DNA of 64,000 bases. Origin: Eledone cirrhosa. Lineage: Eukaryota. Each line of letters begins with the position of its first letter. The first letter of the stretch is position 1. Location: the NCBI GenBank assembly GCA_964016885.1, contig OZ024750.1, positions 24,800,001-24,864,000 of the forward strand, read 5' to 3'. The notes beneath the pieces are model-generated. The model was not told the origin of the DNA and did not search any database. It was given only the letters and a program-made list of their open reading frames with translations. The translations under genes and the position numbers were made by a program. Of this stretch, positions 1-13,892 are shown piece by piece.

Positions 1-158
1 GGTCTTCCTCTTCTAGTCAGCTCAAAAGTCAGCTCAAAAGTGACACAGAGGAGACTGAGGTTGGCTGGACATGCTCACCAACATCCAGAGTTGACATTGC
101 ACTCAGTGCTCCTTTGGGAGCCCCTACATGGACACACTAGAAGAGGAAGACCAAGGTT

Positions 159-163
<5 letters not shown>
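1..163 (+). mobile_element. RTE-clade LINE 3' fragment (C-terminal ORF region) running into (TA)n
   Basis: The + frame reads KVTQRRLRLAGHAHQHPELTLHSVLLWEPLHGHTRRGRPRLTY, matching the RRLRLAGH...WEP.HG...RGRP motif of RTE C-termini. A near-identical copy lies on the - strand at 56310-56545. Confidence 0.75.
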
Positions 164-204
<41 letters not shown>

Positions 205-639
205 TGCCGAGGTTGACTTTGCCTTTCATCCTTACGGGGTCGATAAAATAAAGTACCAGTAATGCACTGGGTAATTGCTGGCCTTGTGCCTAAAGTAGAA
301 ACAATTATTATGATAATGTTTAACATCTATTTTCCATACTTGTATATGTGTATATGTATATGTGTGTGTGTGTGTGTGTGTAAAAATAGAAGAAAATACA
401 AATATTAATGATAGGAAGAGAGAAAATAATAATAGAAGGAGAATGAGAATGTTATTGTGTGTGTGTGTGTGTGTGTGTTATCGTGTGTGTGTGTGTGTGT
501 GTGTGTGTGAAGAATTCTCCAATCCACACCTCAGTTTACTGGTGAGGAAGTTATCTCAGAATGTGCCAGCTGTTGATAGTGTTACTATGGCTGCTAGTAT
601 TCCAGCTAATAATACTAATAGTGCTTCTAATACTACTAA

Positions 640-1580
640 TATGACTACTACTACTACTGTCATTGCCATTATCACCACCATTACTACCATACTATTACTG
701 CCATTACCACCACCACCACCACTATTACCACCACCACCACCACTACCACTACTGCCATCACCACCACCACCACCACCACCACTGCTACTACTACTACCAC
801 CACCATCACCACCACTACTACTACTACCACCACCATCACCACCACTACAACTACCACCACCATCACCATCACCACCACTACTACTACCACCACCATCACC
901 ACCACCACTACTACTACCACCACCATCACCACCACTACTACTACCACCACCATCACCACCATCACCACCACTACTACTACCACCACCATCACCACCACCA
1001 CTACTACTACCACCACCATCACCACCACCACTACTACTACCACCACCATCACCACCACTACTACTACCACCACCATCACCACCATCACCACCACTACTAC
1101 TACCACCACCATCACCACCACCACTACTACTACCACCACCATCACCACCACCACTACTACTACCACCACCACCACCACCACTGCTACTACCACCACCATC
1201 ACCACCACTACTACTACCACCACCATCACCACCACTACTACTACCACCACCATCACCACCACTACTACTACCACCACCATCACCACCACTGCTACTACTA
1301 CTACCACCACCATCACCACCCCTACTACTACCACCACCATCACCACCACCATCACCACCACTACTACTACCACCACCACCACCACCACCCCTACTACTAC
1401 CACCACCATCACCACCACTACTACTATCACCACCACTACTACTACCACCACCATCACCACCACTACTACCACCACCACCATCACCACCACTACTACTACC
1501 ACCACCATCACCACCACCACTACTACTACCACAACCATCACCACCACTAATACTACCACCACCATCACCACCACTACTGC
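640..1580. repeat. (CAC/TAC/CAT)n trinucleotide low-complexity array
   Basis: Continuous ccaccaccatca/ctactacta units. These generate the poly-P/G/H/V ORFs in the track. Confidence 0.95.
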
Positions 1581-2199
1581 AACTGCAACAAAACAGCCAA
1601 TAATTTGAAGGGGAAGTGAAAATCAATTAAATTAATTCCAGTACTTTACTGGTATTTTTATTTTATCGACCACCTTGTAAGGGCAAAAGGCAAACCTCAG
1701 TGGGATTTGAACTCAGAACATAAAGGGCCATAACTATACTGTCTATCTTTTCACCACACCTGTTGTACCTGTCTTATCTGTCTATTACCATTTTCTACCA
1801 TTTCACCACACCTGTCTATTACTATTACTACTGTCTACCATTTCACACATCACCCCACTCCACACCCTTCTGCTCCAAGGAAATTATCACACATTATGGC
1901 TATCGTCCTTTTTGGTCAAGACATTTGTCAACTAATAGCAGTGGTAGAAAACACCCAATATACCCTGCAGAGGGATCAAATCCATAAACAATATAGAGTA
2001 TAGGAAAAGTACCTTGTGGTATTTGTTCCGATTTTCTGCACACTCAGTTCAAATCTCACTGAGATCCCTTTTGCCTTTCAAGTCGATGAAATAAAGTACC
2101 AGTAATGCACTGGGGTCGATTTAATTGATTTTCCCCTTCCCCAAAATTGTTGGCCTTGTGCCTAAATCAGAAATAAATCAGAATAATTAATAAAATATA

Positions 2200-3676
2200 A
2201 TGTGTTAGACTAGGTGATTGATAAATTATAGTGTGGTGGAATGGGTGATTGATGGAATATAGTGTGGTAGACTGGGTGATTGATAAATTATAGTGTGGTG
2301 GAATGGGTGATTGATGGAATATAGTGTGGTGGACTGGGTGATTGATGGAATATAGTGTGGTGGACTGGGTGATTGATGGAATATAGTGTGGTGGACTGGG
2401 TGATTGATAAATTATAGTGTGGTGGAATGGGTGATTGATGGAATATAGTGTGGTAGACTGGGTGATTGATGGAATATAGTGTGGTAGACTGGGTGATTGA
2501 TGGAATATAGTGTGGTAGACTGGGTGATTGATGGAATATAGTGTGGTAGACTGGGTGATTGATAAATTATAGTGTGGTGGACTGGGTGATTGGTGGAATA
2601 TAGTGTGGTAGACTGGGTGATTGATGGAATATAGTGTGGTAGACTGGGTGATTGATGGAATATAGTGTGGTGGACTGGGTGATTGATGGAATATAGTATG
2701 GTGGACTGGGTGATTGATAAATTATAGTGTGGTGGAATGGGTGATTGATGGAATATAGTGTGGTAGACTGGGTGATTGATAAATTATAGTGTGGTGGAAT
2801 GGGTGATTGATGGAATATAGTGTGGTGGACTGGGTGATTGATGGAATATAGTGTGGTGGACTGGGTGATTGATGGAATATAGTGTGGTAGACTAGGTGAT
2901 TGATGGAATATAGTGTGGTGGACTGGGTGATTGATGGAATATAGTGTGGTGGACTGGGTGATTGATGGAATATAGTGTGGTAGACTGGGTGATTGATGGA
3001 ATATAGTGTGGTGGAATGGGTGATTGATAAATTATAGTGAGGTGGAATGGGTGATTGATGGAATATAGTGTGGTGGACTGGGTGATTGATGGAATATAGT
3101 GTGGTGGACTGGGTGATTGATAAATTATAGTGTGGTGGACTGGGTGATTGATGGAATATAGTGTGGTGGACTGGGTGATTGATGGAATATAGTGTGGTGG
3201 ACTGGGTGATTGATGGAATATAGTGTGGTGGACTGGGTGATTGATGGAATATAGTGTGGTGGACTGGGTGATTGATAAATTATAGTGTGGTGGACTGGGT
3301 GATTGATGGAATATAATGTGGTAGACTGGGTGATTGATGAAATATAGTGTGGTGGACTGGGTGATTGATAAATTATAGTGTGGTGGACTGGGTGATTGAT
3401 GGAATATAGTGTGGTGGACTGGGTGATTGATGAAATATAGTGTGGTGGAATGGGTGATTGATGGAATATAGTGTGGTAGACTGGGTGATTGATGGAATAT
3501 AGTGTGGTGGACTGGGTGATTGATGGAATATAGTGTGGTGGAATGGGTGATTGATGGAATATAGTGTGGTGGAATGGGTGATTGATAAATTATAGTGTGG
3601 TGGTCTAGGTGATTGATGGAATATAGTGTGGTAGACTGGGTGATTGATGGAATATAGTGTGGTGGACTGGGTGATT
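2200..3676. repeat. 31-bp minisatellite (about 47 copies)
   Basis: Unit gtgtggtggactgggtgattgatggaatata, with variants gataaatta, ggaatggg and gtagact. Confidence 0.95.
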
Positions 3677-4363
3677 TTCTACATACATGTAGAGCAATTC
3701 ATAGCTACTTTTCTACATGTCAACACACAACTAATCCATGTATCCAAGCTATATATACATATATACCATTCATAGCTACCCTTCTACATACATGTAAACG
3801 CACATCCATGCATTCATACATCTAGGAACATGTATGTTGAGCTGCAAACGTATGTTAAAAGATATTTGTAAAAACATCTAAAGAAATAGTGAGAATGTGT
3901 ATAGTGTTGCATATCAATAATGCATGGTTAGAGGTTACATATCAACATATCTACATGTGCAGCACACATCAAAGGATATAAGATGAAAAGACAAGTTAAA
4001 ATATATAACTGACTATTTTCTAAATGGTCTTTTTAAGTGTAACTAAATGCAAAATTACAAATGTGTATATGTGCACACACACAGACAGACATACGTATGT
4101 ATATATACATAAATACATACATATACTCAGATATATATATATATATATATATATACACTATCATATACATATATACACCTATATATACATATATACACCT
4201 ATATATACATATATATAAGAGGTAAAAAGAGGATTAATATGGGTAAGTGATATAATAGGGTTTATTGCAAGCATTAACATGTTTCATCTCCAGATGTTAA
4301 ATTGATTTTTGTCTTGAAACTGCTATCCTCAATAATCAATTGACAATTGTGAAAACTCGGTAC

Positions 4364-4393
4364 TAACCCTAACCCTAACTCTAACCCTAAACC
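4364..4393. repeat. Short degenerate interstitial (TAACCC)n telomere-like tract
   Basis: taaccc taaccc taactc taaccc taaacc. Confidence 0.5.
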
Positions 4394-4662
4394 TGAACTA
4401 AGGTAACCCAAAACGATATCTTGTTTGCCCTTTTATATTTTCATCATCATCATCATCATCTTCGTTTAACGTCCATCTTCCATGCTAGCATGGGTTAGAC
4501 GGGCTTTTTATATATATATAAATATACATATATATATATATATGTATAAATATTTCATATCTCCAAGGAAATACGATTTTAGGAAGCCGTAGCTATGCAA
4601 ACACTGTGGGGGGGGGGGGGGGCTAACGCCCTCTGGTGATGTCCAGCAGAAGCAAGGGGGAC

Positions 4663-4708
4663 AACCGTCTATGCATTTCAGGCTTAACTGGCCTTCGTCA
4701 GAACAGTC
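4663..4708 (-). ncRNA. Minimal type I hammerhead ribozyme motif
   Basis: Minus strand: gactgtt CTGACGA aggc-cagttaa-gcct GAA ATGCAT A^ gacggtt. 7-bp stem I with G-U pairs, 4-bp stem II, palindromic stem III AUGCAU, AUA cleavage triplet. Confidence 0.8.
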
Positions 4709-5014
4709 CCTCCCACCGCTTACGACTGCTGGACTAGAAGACAGGCGATAATAAATACTTTTCTTGTCTGTGTAAATGAGGTGATTAATCTCATTTGCAT
4801 ATGAAGCTGCATAAGTTGGCTCAACTTATAATAGAAAAGAAATATATATATATATTAGTAAAAAGGAAAAGAAAATGCTGACAAATTTTTCCCAGTGAAA
4901 AATAGTTTAATTAGTAATAAGTATTAGTTAGTATTCAGTTTTAGTTTTAAGTTTTTACCGATTGCGCATTTCTTATGCTTTTCAAAAATAATTTTGAGAT
5001 AGAGTGCTAGTGAT

Positions 5015-5580
5015 TTTTGCTCTAATCTATATACACACACACTCACATTTTTGCTCTAATCTATATACACACACACTCACATTTTTACTCTAATCTATAT
5101 ACACACACACTCACATTTTTGCTCTAATCTATATACACACACACTCACATTTTTGCTCTAATCTATATACACACACACTCACATTTTTGCTCTTATCTAT
5201 ATACACACACACTCTTGCTCTAATCTATATACACACACACTCACATTTTTGCTCTAATCTATATACACACACACTCACATTTTTGCTCTTATCTATATAC
5301 ACACACACTCACACTTTTGCTCTAATCTATATACACACACACTCTTGCTCTAATCTATATACACACACACTCACATTTTTGGTCTAATCTATATACACAC
5401 ACACTCACACTTTTGCTCTAATCTATATACACACACATCACATTTTTGCTCTAATCTATATACACACACACTCACATTTTTGCTCTAATCTATATACACA
5501 CACACTCACATTTTTGCTCTAATCTATATACACACACACTCACACTTTTGCTCTAATCTATATACACACACACTCACATA
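5015..5580. repeat. 34-bp minisatellite
   Basis: Unit tttttgctctaatctatatacacacacactcaca. Confidence 0.95.
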
Positions 5581-6033
5581 CACATATATTGAGGGATAAT
5601 TTGAAAATCTGAAAAGCCCCAATAACAGAAACAGCAATGTCAATGTTAATTTTCAAAAGTATATAAGAGAGAAAGAGAGAGGGAGAGACGGGCAGACAGA
5701 CAAAGAGAGAGCAAGAGAGAGACAGAGAGACAGGCGGACAAGGAGAGATGGACAGACAGACAAAAAGAGAGACAGGGAGACAGAAAGACAGATATACAGA
5801 CAGACTTATGTAGGCCTCTCCCAGCTAGATTCAGAATGTCAGAATTGCTACTGTCAATGCTGTCACAATGAAAGGTAAGACATCCAGCTGTAGAGATTAT
5901 ACCAAAATGGAACATATGAGCAAGACTTTGTCATTTGACCTGTCTAGTCTTAAAACATAACAATCTATCCAACCCATGCCTATGATGTAAACAGCTCTAA
6001 AACTGATTATGATGATAATAACATATATGTATA

Positions 6034-6094
<61 letters not shown>

Positions 6095-6266
6095 GTTTGT
6101 ATATGTATAATAAAACCAAAACAATGCAAGCATGGACATAGAATAAAGAATGCAAATGCAAAAGATATTGTTGACAATTAGTCTTTTACCTTAGATTTAT
6201 TTAAATGTCCTTAATTTTCGAGATAATATTTCTTCTTCGTAGGGAAGTAAAGCGGTTAAACCAGTG

Positions 6267-6680
<414 letters not shown>

Positions 6681-6759
6681 AGTATATATTAGTTACAAAA
6701 TTATTGCTTCAACTACATATAGATTTCATACTCAATCACACTCACACACACAGAGAATT

Positions 6760-6828
<69 letters not shown>

Positions 6829-7656
6829 TGTAATAGAAATACAAAAATAAATATAAATAAAAAATAAGAAGGAAATAAAATAAAGAAAGAAAGAAAAAAT
6901 AATGTTAAGAAATGAAATGAAATTCCAATTCTTTCTGGATAAAACATATTTTCCAATTGGTTTATGTGAATGAAATTGTCTGCTTCCATATCGATCTACA
7001 TGCTTCCAGAGAACTGTATTTTCTTGACTATTTAACTTCATTTTAGTTCTTTATTTTTTTCTGTGTGGTGGGGGAGAGGTAGGATAGGCAAGGGGCAGGG
7101 GGCTGGCTTAATTTTCCCTACCCTTTTTTTTTTTTTTTAAATATTTTTTCATGATTTTTAAAATTCATTTACAAGTTTGTTATTTTTTATATTTCTCTTT
7201 TTCTTTACTCTCTTAAGATTTTTGGCATTGAATTCTTTTTACCATGGAAATTCTGGCATCAAATCTCTTGTTGTTGATGTTGTTGTTGGTAATGATGGTA
7301 GTAAAGGTGGTGTTACTGGTGGTGGTGTCAGTATTATTATAGTAAAGGTGGTGTTACTGGTGCCAATAGTTATGGTATGAAACATATATACATATACACA
7401 TATATATACTGTCAGTTATATATATATATATATATATGTGTGTATATATATATATGCGTATATATATATGTATATATATGTATATATATATATATGTATA
7501 TATATATGTGTATATATTATATGTAAATATATATATATATATATATATACATATATATACATATACATATATATATATATACATACATATATATATGTGT
7601 ATATATATATATGTGTGTATATATATATGTATATATATGTATATATATATACATAT

Positions 7657-7840
7657 ATAGGACCGAGTAGGACCCCGACGGCTGAGCTCAAGCCGTTTCA
7701 ACCATTGGTCGACCGTTGGTCGAAACGGCTTGACATCAGCCGTCGAGGTCCTACTCGGTCCTATTACCCACTCTACTACCCTAAGTATTGAGTACTTTGG
7801 TGCGTTATCGTCTATCTGGTTCCTTACCACATTTCCTTCG

Positions 7841-7843
<3 letters not shown>
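7657..7843 (+). mobile_element. (TA)n-embedded element with fold-back junction (family A, PLE-like)
   Basis: Inverted repeat ggaccgagtaggaccccgacggctgagctcaagccgtttc...gaaacggcttgacatcagccgtcgaggtcctactcggtcc plus the tail tattacccactctactaccctaagtattgagtactttggtgcg...ccacatttccttcgtta. Seven copies occur in the window. Confidence 0.75.
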
Positions 7844-7893
<50 letters not shown>

Positions 7894-7982
7894 TATACAT
7901 ATACATGTATATATATGTATATATATACATATATATACATATACATATACATATATATATATATATATTTATATACATATAC

Positions 7983-8013
<31 letters not shown>

Positions 8014-8020
8014 CATATAC

Positions 8021-8053
<33 letters not shown>

Positions 8054-8060
8054 CATATAC

Positions 8061-8095
<35 letters not shown>

Positions 8096-8102
8096 CATAT
8101 AC

Positions 8103-8135
<33 letters not shown>

Positions 8136-8142
8136 CATATAC

Positions 8143-8219
<77 letters not shown>

Positions 8220-8252
8220 CATAGACATATATATATATATATATACATAGAC

Positions 8253-8283
<31 letters not shown>

Positions 8284-8290
8284 CATATAC

Positions 8291-8371
<81 letters not shown>

Positions 8372-8512
8372 TTCCTAAGGTTGACATAACTAGTTCAAGA
8401 TTCAAGAAAATTTACACAAATATCTTAGATTAAATAAAATACAAAGAAAGAAAATATAAAATAATTTTTTTTAATCTTTGAGAATATTAACTATTTATTT
8501 ATTTCCTGAACT

Positions 8513-9150
8513 GAAGGAGAGTATATTACAGTGAGGGAGAGTATATTACAGTGAGGGAGAGTATATTACAATGAGGGAGAGTATATTACAGTGAGGGAGA
8601 GTATATTACAATGAGGGAGAGTATATTACAATGAGGGAGAGTATATTAATTACAGTAAGGGAGAGTTTATTACAGTGAGGGAGAGTATATTACTGTGATG
8701 GAGAATATATTAAGTGAGGGAGAGTATATTACAATGAGGGAGAGTATATTAATTACAGTGAGGGAGAATATATGACAGTGAGGGAGAGTATATTGAACTG
8801 GTGGAGAGTATATTACAGTGAGGTAGAATATATTGAAGTGAGGGAGAGTATATTACATTGAAGGAGAGTATATTACAGTGAAAGAGAGTATACTACAGTG
8901 AGGGAAAGTATATTAAATTGGTGGAGAGTATAGTATAGTGAGGTAGAGTATATTACAGTGAGGGAGAGTATATTACAGTATGGGAGAGTATATTACAGAG
9001 AGGAAGAGTATATTACAGTGATGGAGAGTATATTACAGTATGGGAGAGTATATTACAGTGAAGGAGAGTATATCACAGTATGGGAGAGTATATCACAGTA
9101 TGGGAGAGTATAGTACAGTCAGAGTATATCACAGTATGGGAGTATATTGA
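8513..9150. repeat. 20-bp minisatellite
   Basis: Unit gagggagagtatattacagt, degenerating towards the 3' end. Confidence 0.9.
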
Positions 9151-9817
9151 AACTAGCTTTTATTTTTCCTTTCTTCTGTTATTCCTACTGGAATTTTCTC
9201 TAAGAAATTCCATTTTTAATGACTGCAATAATTTCTCCTCTTTTTCATTCAATTCTTTTTAATATATATTTTCTTATTTATTTCATCTTTCAATGAAGTT
9301 ATTATATATTATTTTATCTGTATGTGTGTTTCTCTGTGTGGGTGGGTGTGTGCTTCTGTGTGCGTGTGTCTGGGTGGGTGGGGCGTTACAGAAGCAAAAC
9401 AATAAAGACTAAGAAAGCAAAATGGTAATATAGAAGTTAGCAGTAGAGAGATGAGTGAAGGTGAAGATAGAACATAGAATAGGTTTTGTACATGACTGAT
9501 ACATTACAGCTTGGTGCCAGTGACATTATATATATATATATATATAATCATCATCATCATCATCATTTTACGTCCGCTTTTCCCTGCTTGCAAGGGTGGG
9601 ACGGGAACTGATTCTGGCTTGATTTCTACAGCTGGATGCCCTTCCTAACACCAACCTCATTTACAGTGAGTGCTGGGTGCTTTTTTGCCATGGCACCTCC
9701 ACGACCACTTTCCAGTGGAAGGATATGGACCTCAGTCCCTATCATCTCATTTCTAGAGCTGAGTAAACTGGAGCAATGTGAAATAAAGTGTCACTGGTAC
9801 CATATATATATATTCAG

Positions 9818-9851
<34 letters not shown>

Positions 9852-10241
9852 TACACTGAATATTATTTTTTCTGGCCATGAAACAATGTCTTCCGTGCTT
9901 CTGCTATATTATACCTAACAATCACACATATTGTTAGAGTTGTGTAAACATTTTAACTCTAACATTAATCATTGGAAACTTAAGACTGAGTTGATTTAAC
10001 TGGGATACTAAGTAAAGAAACAGATTTTAACTAACAACTCAGCAGAATACATTTGATTTATATGATTTTCTATAAAACAAATAAGTTATTATTCTGCAGA
10101 CATGAAAAAGCTCAATAAAGATTATAAAGAAGCTATATTGTCATTTTATTTGCACATACTGCATTTTCCTATTGACATCTTTTAAAACATTTATACATTA
10201 TCAATGTCAAAAGATGACAGAGTGCTAATGTTTAAATAATG

Positions 10242-10273
<32 letters not shown>

Positions 10274-10521
10274 TTGGAACTGCCATGAAGTCAAAGTGGT
10301 CCCGATTGTCATAGGTGCACTAGGTACTATCTCAAAGAGTTTCCAGGGATGGTTAAAGAAAATTGGCCCTGCCCCGCTTTTTGGAACACTTCAAACGGCA
10401 TGCTTGCTGGGAACAGCAAGAACTCTCCGATACGTCCTGAATATCTGAGGCTGCAGGTAGTGGCTTGATATTCATTTCAACAAACTTTCCAGTTAACTAA
10501 CATCAATGACTGAGACTCAAA
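10274..10521 (+). mobile_element. 5'-truncated R4/Dong-clade non-LTR retrotransposon (restriction-like endonuclease C-terminus plus 3' UTR)
   Basis: WNCHEVKVVPIVIGALGTISKSFQGWLKKIG...LQTACLLGTARTLRYVLNI* carries the VVPIVIGALG and CLLGTAR.LR motifs of R4/Dong. It is flanked on both sides by (TAA)n, the known Dong target. Confidence 0.8.
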
Positions 10522-10548
10522 GAATAATAATAATAATAATAATAATAA

Positions 10549-11040
10549 TGCTTTCTTTATTAACCACAAGGGTTTACACAAAGTAGACATTAAGGACGGT
10601 ACAAATGGGCATTTCTGCGTGTAAAAAACAAAAAAACAGAGGATGTAATAAAAGAACAATGAAAAATTCCCCAATAGGGGGGAGACTTCCGAGTGCCATC
10701 GTGGAGAAAGCCCATTAAAAAAAGCCACGGTGACCCTGACCACCAGGGCAATTGTCCTCTCCCAGTTTTCCACCTTCAATTTACAGACACATACTCAGAG
10801 TAGGCCCATTCACTCGGGCCATTCTTGCCTCTCTCACCCATCTTTCAACAAAAAGCTGGGAAGAGAGCATCTCTCTCTCTCTACCCTGACTTTCCTTTTC
10901 AAATGAAATTGGAAAAAGTTAATCAGGGCATCACCGAAGAGGTAAGTGCTCGTCTTCAGCCCTTTCAGACGTGTCCACCATACTATCTCTTTCGCCATGG
11001 CCACCAGACAGATAAAAACTGCCTGCCCTTCCCGGCTAAA
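10549..11040 (-). mobile_element. Tx1/L1-like LINE 3' end
   Basis: The minus strand reads, with a frameshift, SREGQAVFICLVAMAKEIVWWTRLKGLKTSTYLFGDALINFFQFHLKRKVRV...FVERWVREARMARVNGPTLSMCL*, followed by a 3' UTR with AATAAA and an (ATT)n tail. Clade assignment is by resemblance only. Confidence 0.6.
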
Positions 11041-11660
11041 GACACAAGGCCAGCAATTTTGGGGAGGCGAAACTCAATTAAATTGACTCCAGTGCGTGGT
11101 TGGTACATTATTTTATCGACCCCGTAAGGATGAAAGGCAAAGTTAACCTCAGCGGGATTTGAACTCAGATCGTAAAGGGCCGTAACTCTATGCTGCAAAG
11201 CATGGTGTCTGATGCTCTACCGATTATTGCCAATCCACAACAGCAGTAATAATTGTTTCTACTTTTGGCACCAGGCCAGCAATTATCCCAGTGCATTACT
11301 GGTACTTTATTTTATCGACCCCGTAAGGATGAAAGGCAAAGTTAACCTCGGCGGGATTTGAACTCAGATCATAAAGGGAGGTAACTCTATGCTTCAAAGC
11401 ATGGCGTCCGACCCTCTACCAATACTGCCAATCCACCGCACAACAGCAGTAATAATGATTTCTAATATAGACACAAGGCCAACTATTCAATCAACCCCAG
11501 TGCATTACTGGTGATTTATTTTATTGACCCTGCAAGGATGAAAGGCAAAGCTAACCTCGGTGGGATTTGAGTCAGAACGTAAAGGCCCATAACTCTATGC
11601 TGCAACGCATAGAGTCTGATGCTATACCAATACTGCCAATCCACTGCCCATCAGCAATAG
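11041..11660 (-). mobile_element. Three adjacent copies of a tRNA-derived SINE (family 1)
   Basis: Each copy has an A-box-like TGGCAGTATTGG, B-box GAGTTCAAATCC, body gcctttcatccttacggggtcgataaaataaagtacc and an (ATT)n tail. Confidence 0.85.
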
Positions 11661-11782
11661 TAGTAATAAAACTATTTGCTGATTATATATTTACATTTTC
11701 TTTGAGTTATGATGAAAAGCTAGTAAAGATGTGAAAAATATTCTTTTTATTTCAAGAAACTCAAAATGCTAAGTGTAAACCA

Positions 11783-12200
11783 TTAATCCTTTAGCATTTA
11801 CATTATTCTATATGGATTGGCAGTATCGGTAGAGGGTCGGACAACATATTTTGTAGCATAGAGTTACGCTGCTTTACAGTCTGAGTTCAAATCCCGCCGA
11901 GGTTAACTTTGCCTTTCATCCTTACAGGGTTGATAAAATAAAGGACCAGTAATGCACTGGAATAATTGCTGGCCTTGTACCAAAAGAAGAAACAATTATT
12001 CTATATATACTATTAAATTTTCACAGTAAAGGCTTTATCTGACATAATATCTCACATAATATCAAATTTATGACATTTTAATATTATTTGTTTTGAGAAC
12101 AATACCTTAACATAAGTATGAGCGGCCAGTTACAGCTGGTTTGAACAGAAAGAGGTGAGAGAATTCTAGCCAGATACAGCTGGCTTAAATGCTAAATGTA
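11783..12200. mobile_element. piggyBac-like MITE interrupted by a family-1 SINE
   Basis: MITE ends cctttagcatttac...ttaaatgctaaa, as at 22959. The SINE (about 11812-11995) is flanked by the duplicated attattctata. Confidence 0.7.
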
Positions 12201-12430
12201 TACCATTAAATTTATGTCTTTAACTACAATCAAGACTGTCTCTGCGTCTTTGTTTCATCTATGTAGATTAATAGGTTAACAGCCAGTTACTTATATTATA
12301 TTCCAGTTATATAACATCAGGTAGAGAAAGCCAGGACGTGACATTTAGAAAAGACACAAACACAAAAGACAAAGACATAGAAACACATCTGTCTTTGATT
12401 CTTTTGTGTGTGTGTGTATATATATATAAT

Positions 12431-12507
<77 letters not shown>

Positions 12508-12735
12508 TATGTGGCCTAGTGGTAAGGGTGTTGGACTTACGATCATAATGAAGTGGGTGCGATTCCTGGGTTGCGTGTTGTGTTCTTGAGCAAAACACTT
12601 CATTTCACGTTGCTCCAGTATACTCAGCTGAAAATGAGTACCAGCAATAGCTGGAGGTTTAACTCTGCAATGGACTGGCGTCCTGTCCAGTGGGGAGTCT
12701 TGTACTCTCAGTCGCTTCACGCCATGAAGCCTACT
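12508..12735 (+). mobile_element. tRNA-derived CORE-type SINE (family 2)
   Basis: A-box gtggcctagtggtaag, B-box-like gtgcgattcc, CORE-like tgtgttcttgagcaaaacacttcatttcacgttgctc and a 3' atggactggcgtcctgtccag segment. A related copy lies at 45335-45460. Confidence 0.7.
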
Positions 12736-12762
12736 ACCTTAAGGCAGACTTTAGACTTTTAG

Positions 12763-12796
<34 letters not shown>

Positions 12797-13449
12797 GGAG
12801 AGAGGGGGGGGGGGGGTTGTGTGAAGGTTACAGTACAGTTAAACTAGTAGTACTGTTGTGAAGGTTAGTGTACAGTTATATTAGTAGTACTGTTGTGAAG
12901 ATTATAGTATATTTGGTGTTATAATTACATGACTTAAAACTATTTCTGAAAGAACAAATTACATTACTCTTGAACATGTAAGAGGAAAATCAAATATAAA
13001 CTGTTCAAAGAGCTCATTAATGACTTGTATAAGAAATTATGCTTTTTTCATTAACCTCATCAATATCTTCTCAATAGAATTTCTTACAAAAGAAAGCCAT
13101 AGATTTTCACACTTCAAAACACATTAAAAAAAATATGTAAAATAGATACTTTAGTTATAGCATCTTTTGAGTGTTAGACAAAAATGTCTTGCAGTATTTG
13201 TTTCACTGCACTCTGAGTTCAAATTCCACTCGAGTTAATTTGGCCTTTCATGCTTTCAGTTGGATAAAATCAATTACTAGTTTTGACTGGCAGATTTATA
13301 GGAGTATTTGACAGGGGACTGGCAGATTTATAGCAGTATCTGTTGTGATATATGCTCCAGCTCTTTGAATTTCGAGTTCAAGTCTTGCTATGACCTACAT
13401 GATTGATAGATTTAATCCCTTATCTAGTTTAATTAATATCCTCCCCTAG

Positions 13450-13892
13450 CTGTTGGTTGACTGTGGCAGAGTCCACTCTCTTGGTTAACTGTGGCAGAGT
13501 CCACTTTGTTGGTTGACTATGGCAGAGTCCAATTTGTCACCTAGTTTAATATCCTCCCCTAGCTGTTGGTTGACTGTGGCAGAGTCCTCTCTCTTGGTTG
13601 TCTGTGGCAGAGTCCACTTTATTGGTTGACTATGGCAGACTCTACTCTATGGCAGAGTCCTCTCACTTGGTTGACTGTAGCAGAGTCCACTTTATTGGTT
13701 GACTGTGCCAGAGTCCACTCTCTTGGTTGACTGTGGCAGAGTCCACTCTCTTGGTTGACTGTGGCAGAGTCCACTCTCTTGGTTGACTGTGGCAGAGTCC
13801 ACTTTATCACCTAGTTTAATATCCCTTCCTAGTTGTTGGTTGACTATGGCAGAGTCCACTCTCATGGCTGACTATGGCAGAGTCCACTCTGT
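13450..13892. repeat. 28-bp minisatellite with interspersed spacer
   Basis: Unit ttggttgactgtggcagagtccactctc. The spacer cctagtttaatatcctcccctag recurs three times. Confidence 0.9.

Noticed and set aside
362-1626. Long Pro-, Gly/Ser-, His- and Val-rich ORFs (extensin-like appearance)
   Set aside because: All frames are open only because of the (CAC/TAC)n array. There is no unique coding flank or splice support.
7244-7342. MEILASNLLLLMLLLVMMVVK... as signal-peptide exon of the Ly6 gene
   Set aside because: Hydrophobicity comes from GTT/GGT low-complexity sequence, and there is no phase-1 GT donor to join 23442.
12224-12290. MSLTTIKTVSASLFHLCRLI-G|gttaac as Ly6 exon 1
   Set aside because: The phase fits, but the donor is weak and the peptide is a poor signal sequence.
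13450-13892. CRISPR-like appearance of the 28-bp and other tandem repeats
   Set aside because: No unique spacers, no cas genes and a eukaryotic context; these are minisatellites.
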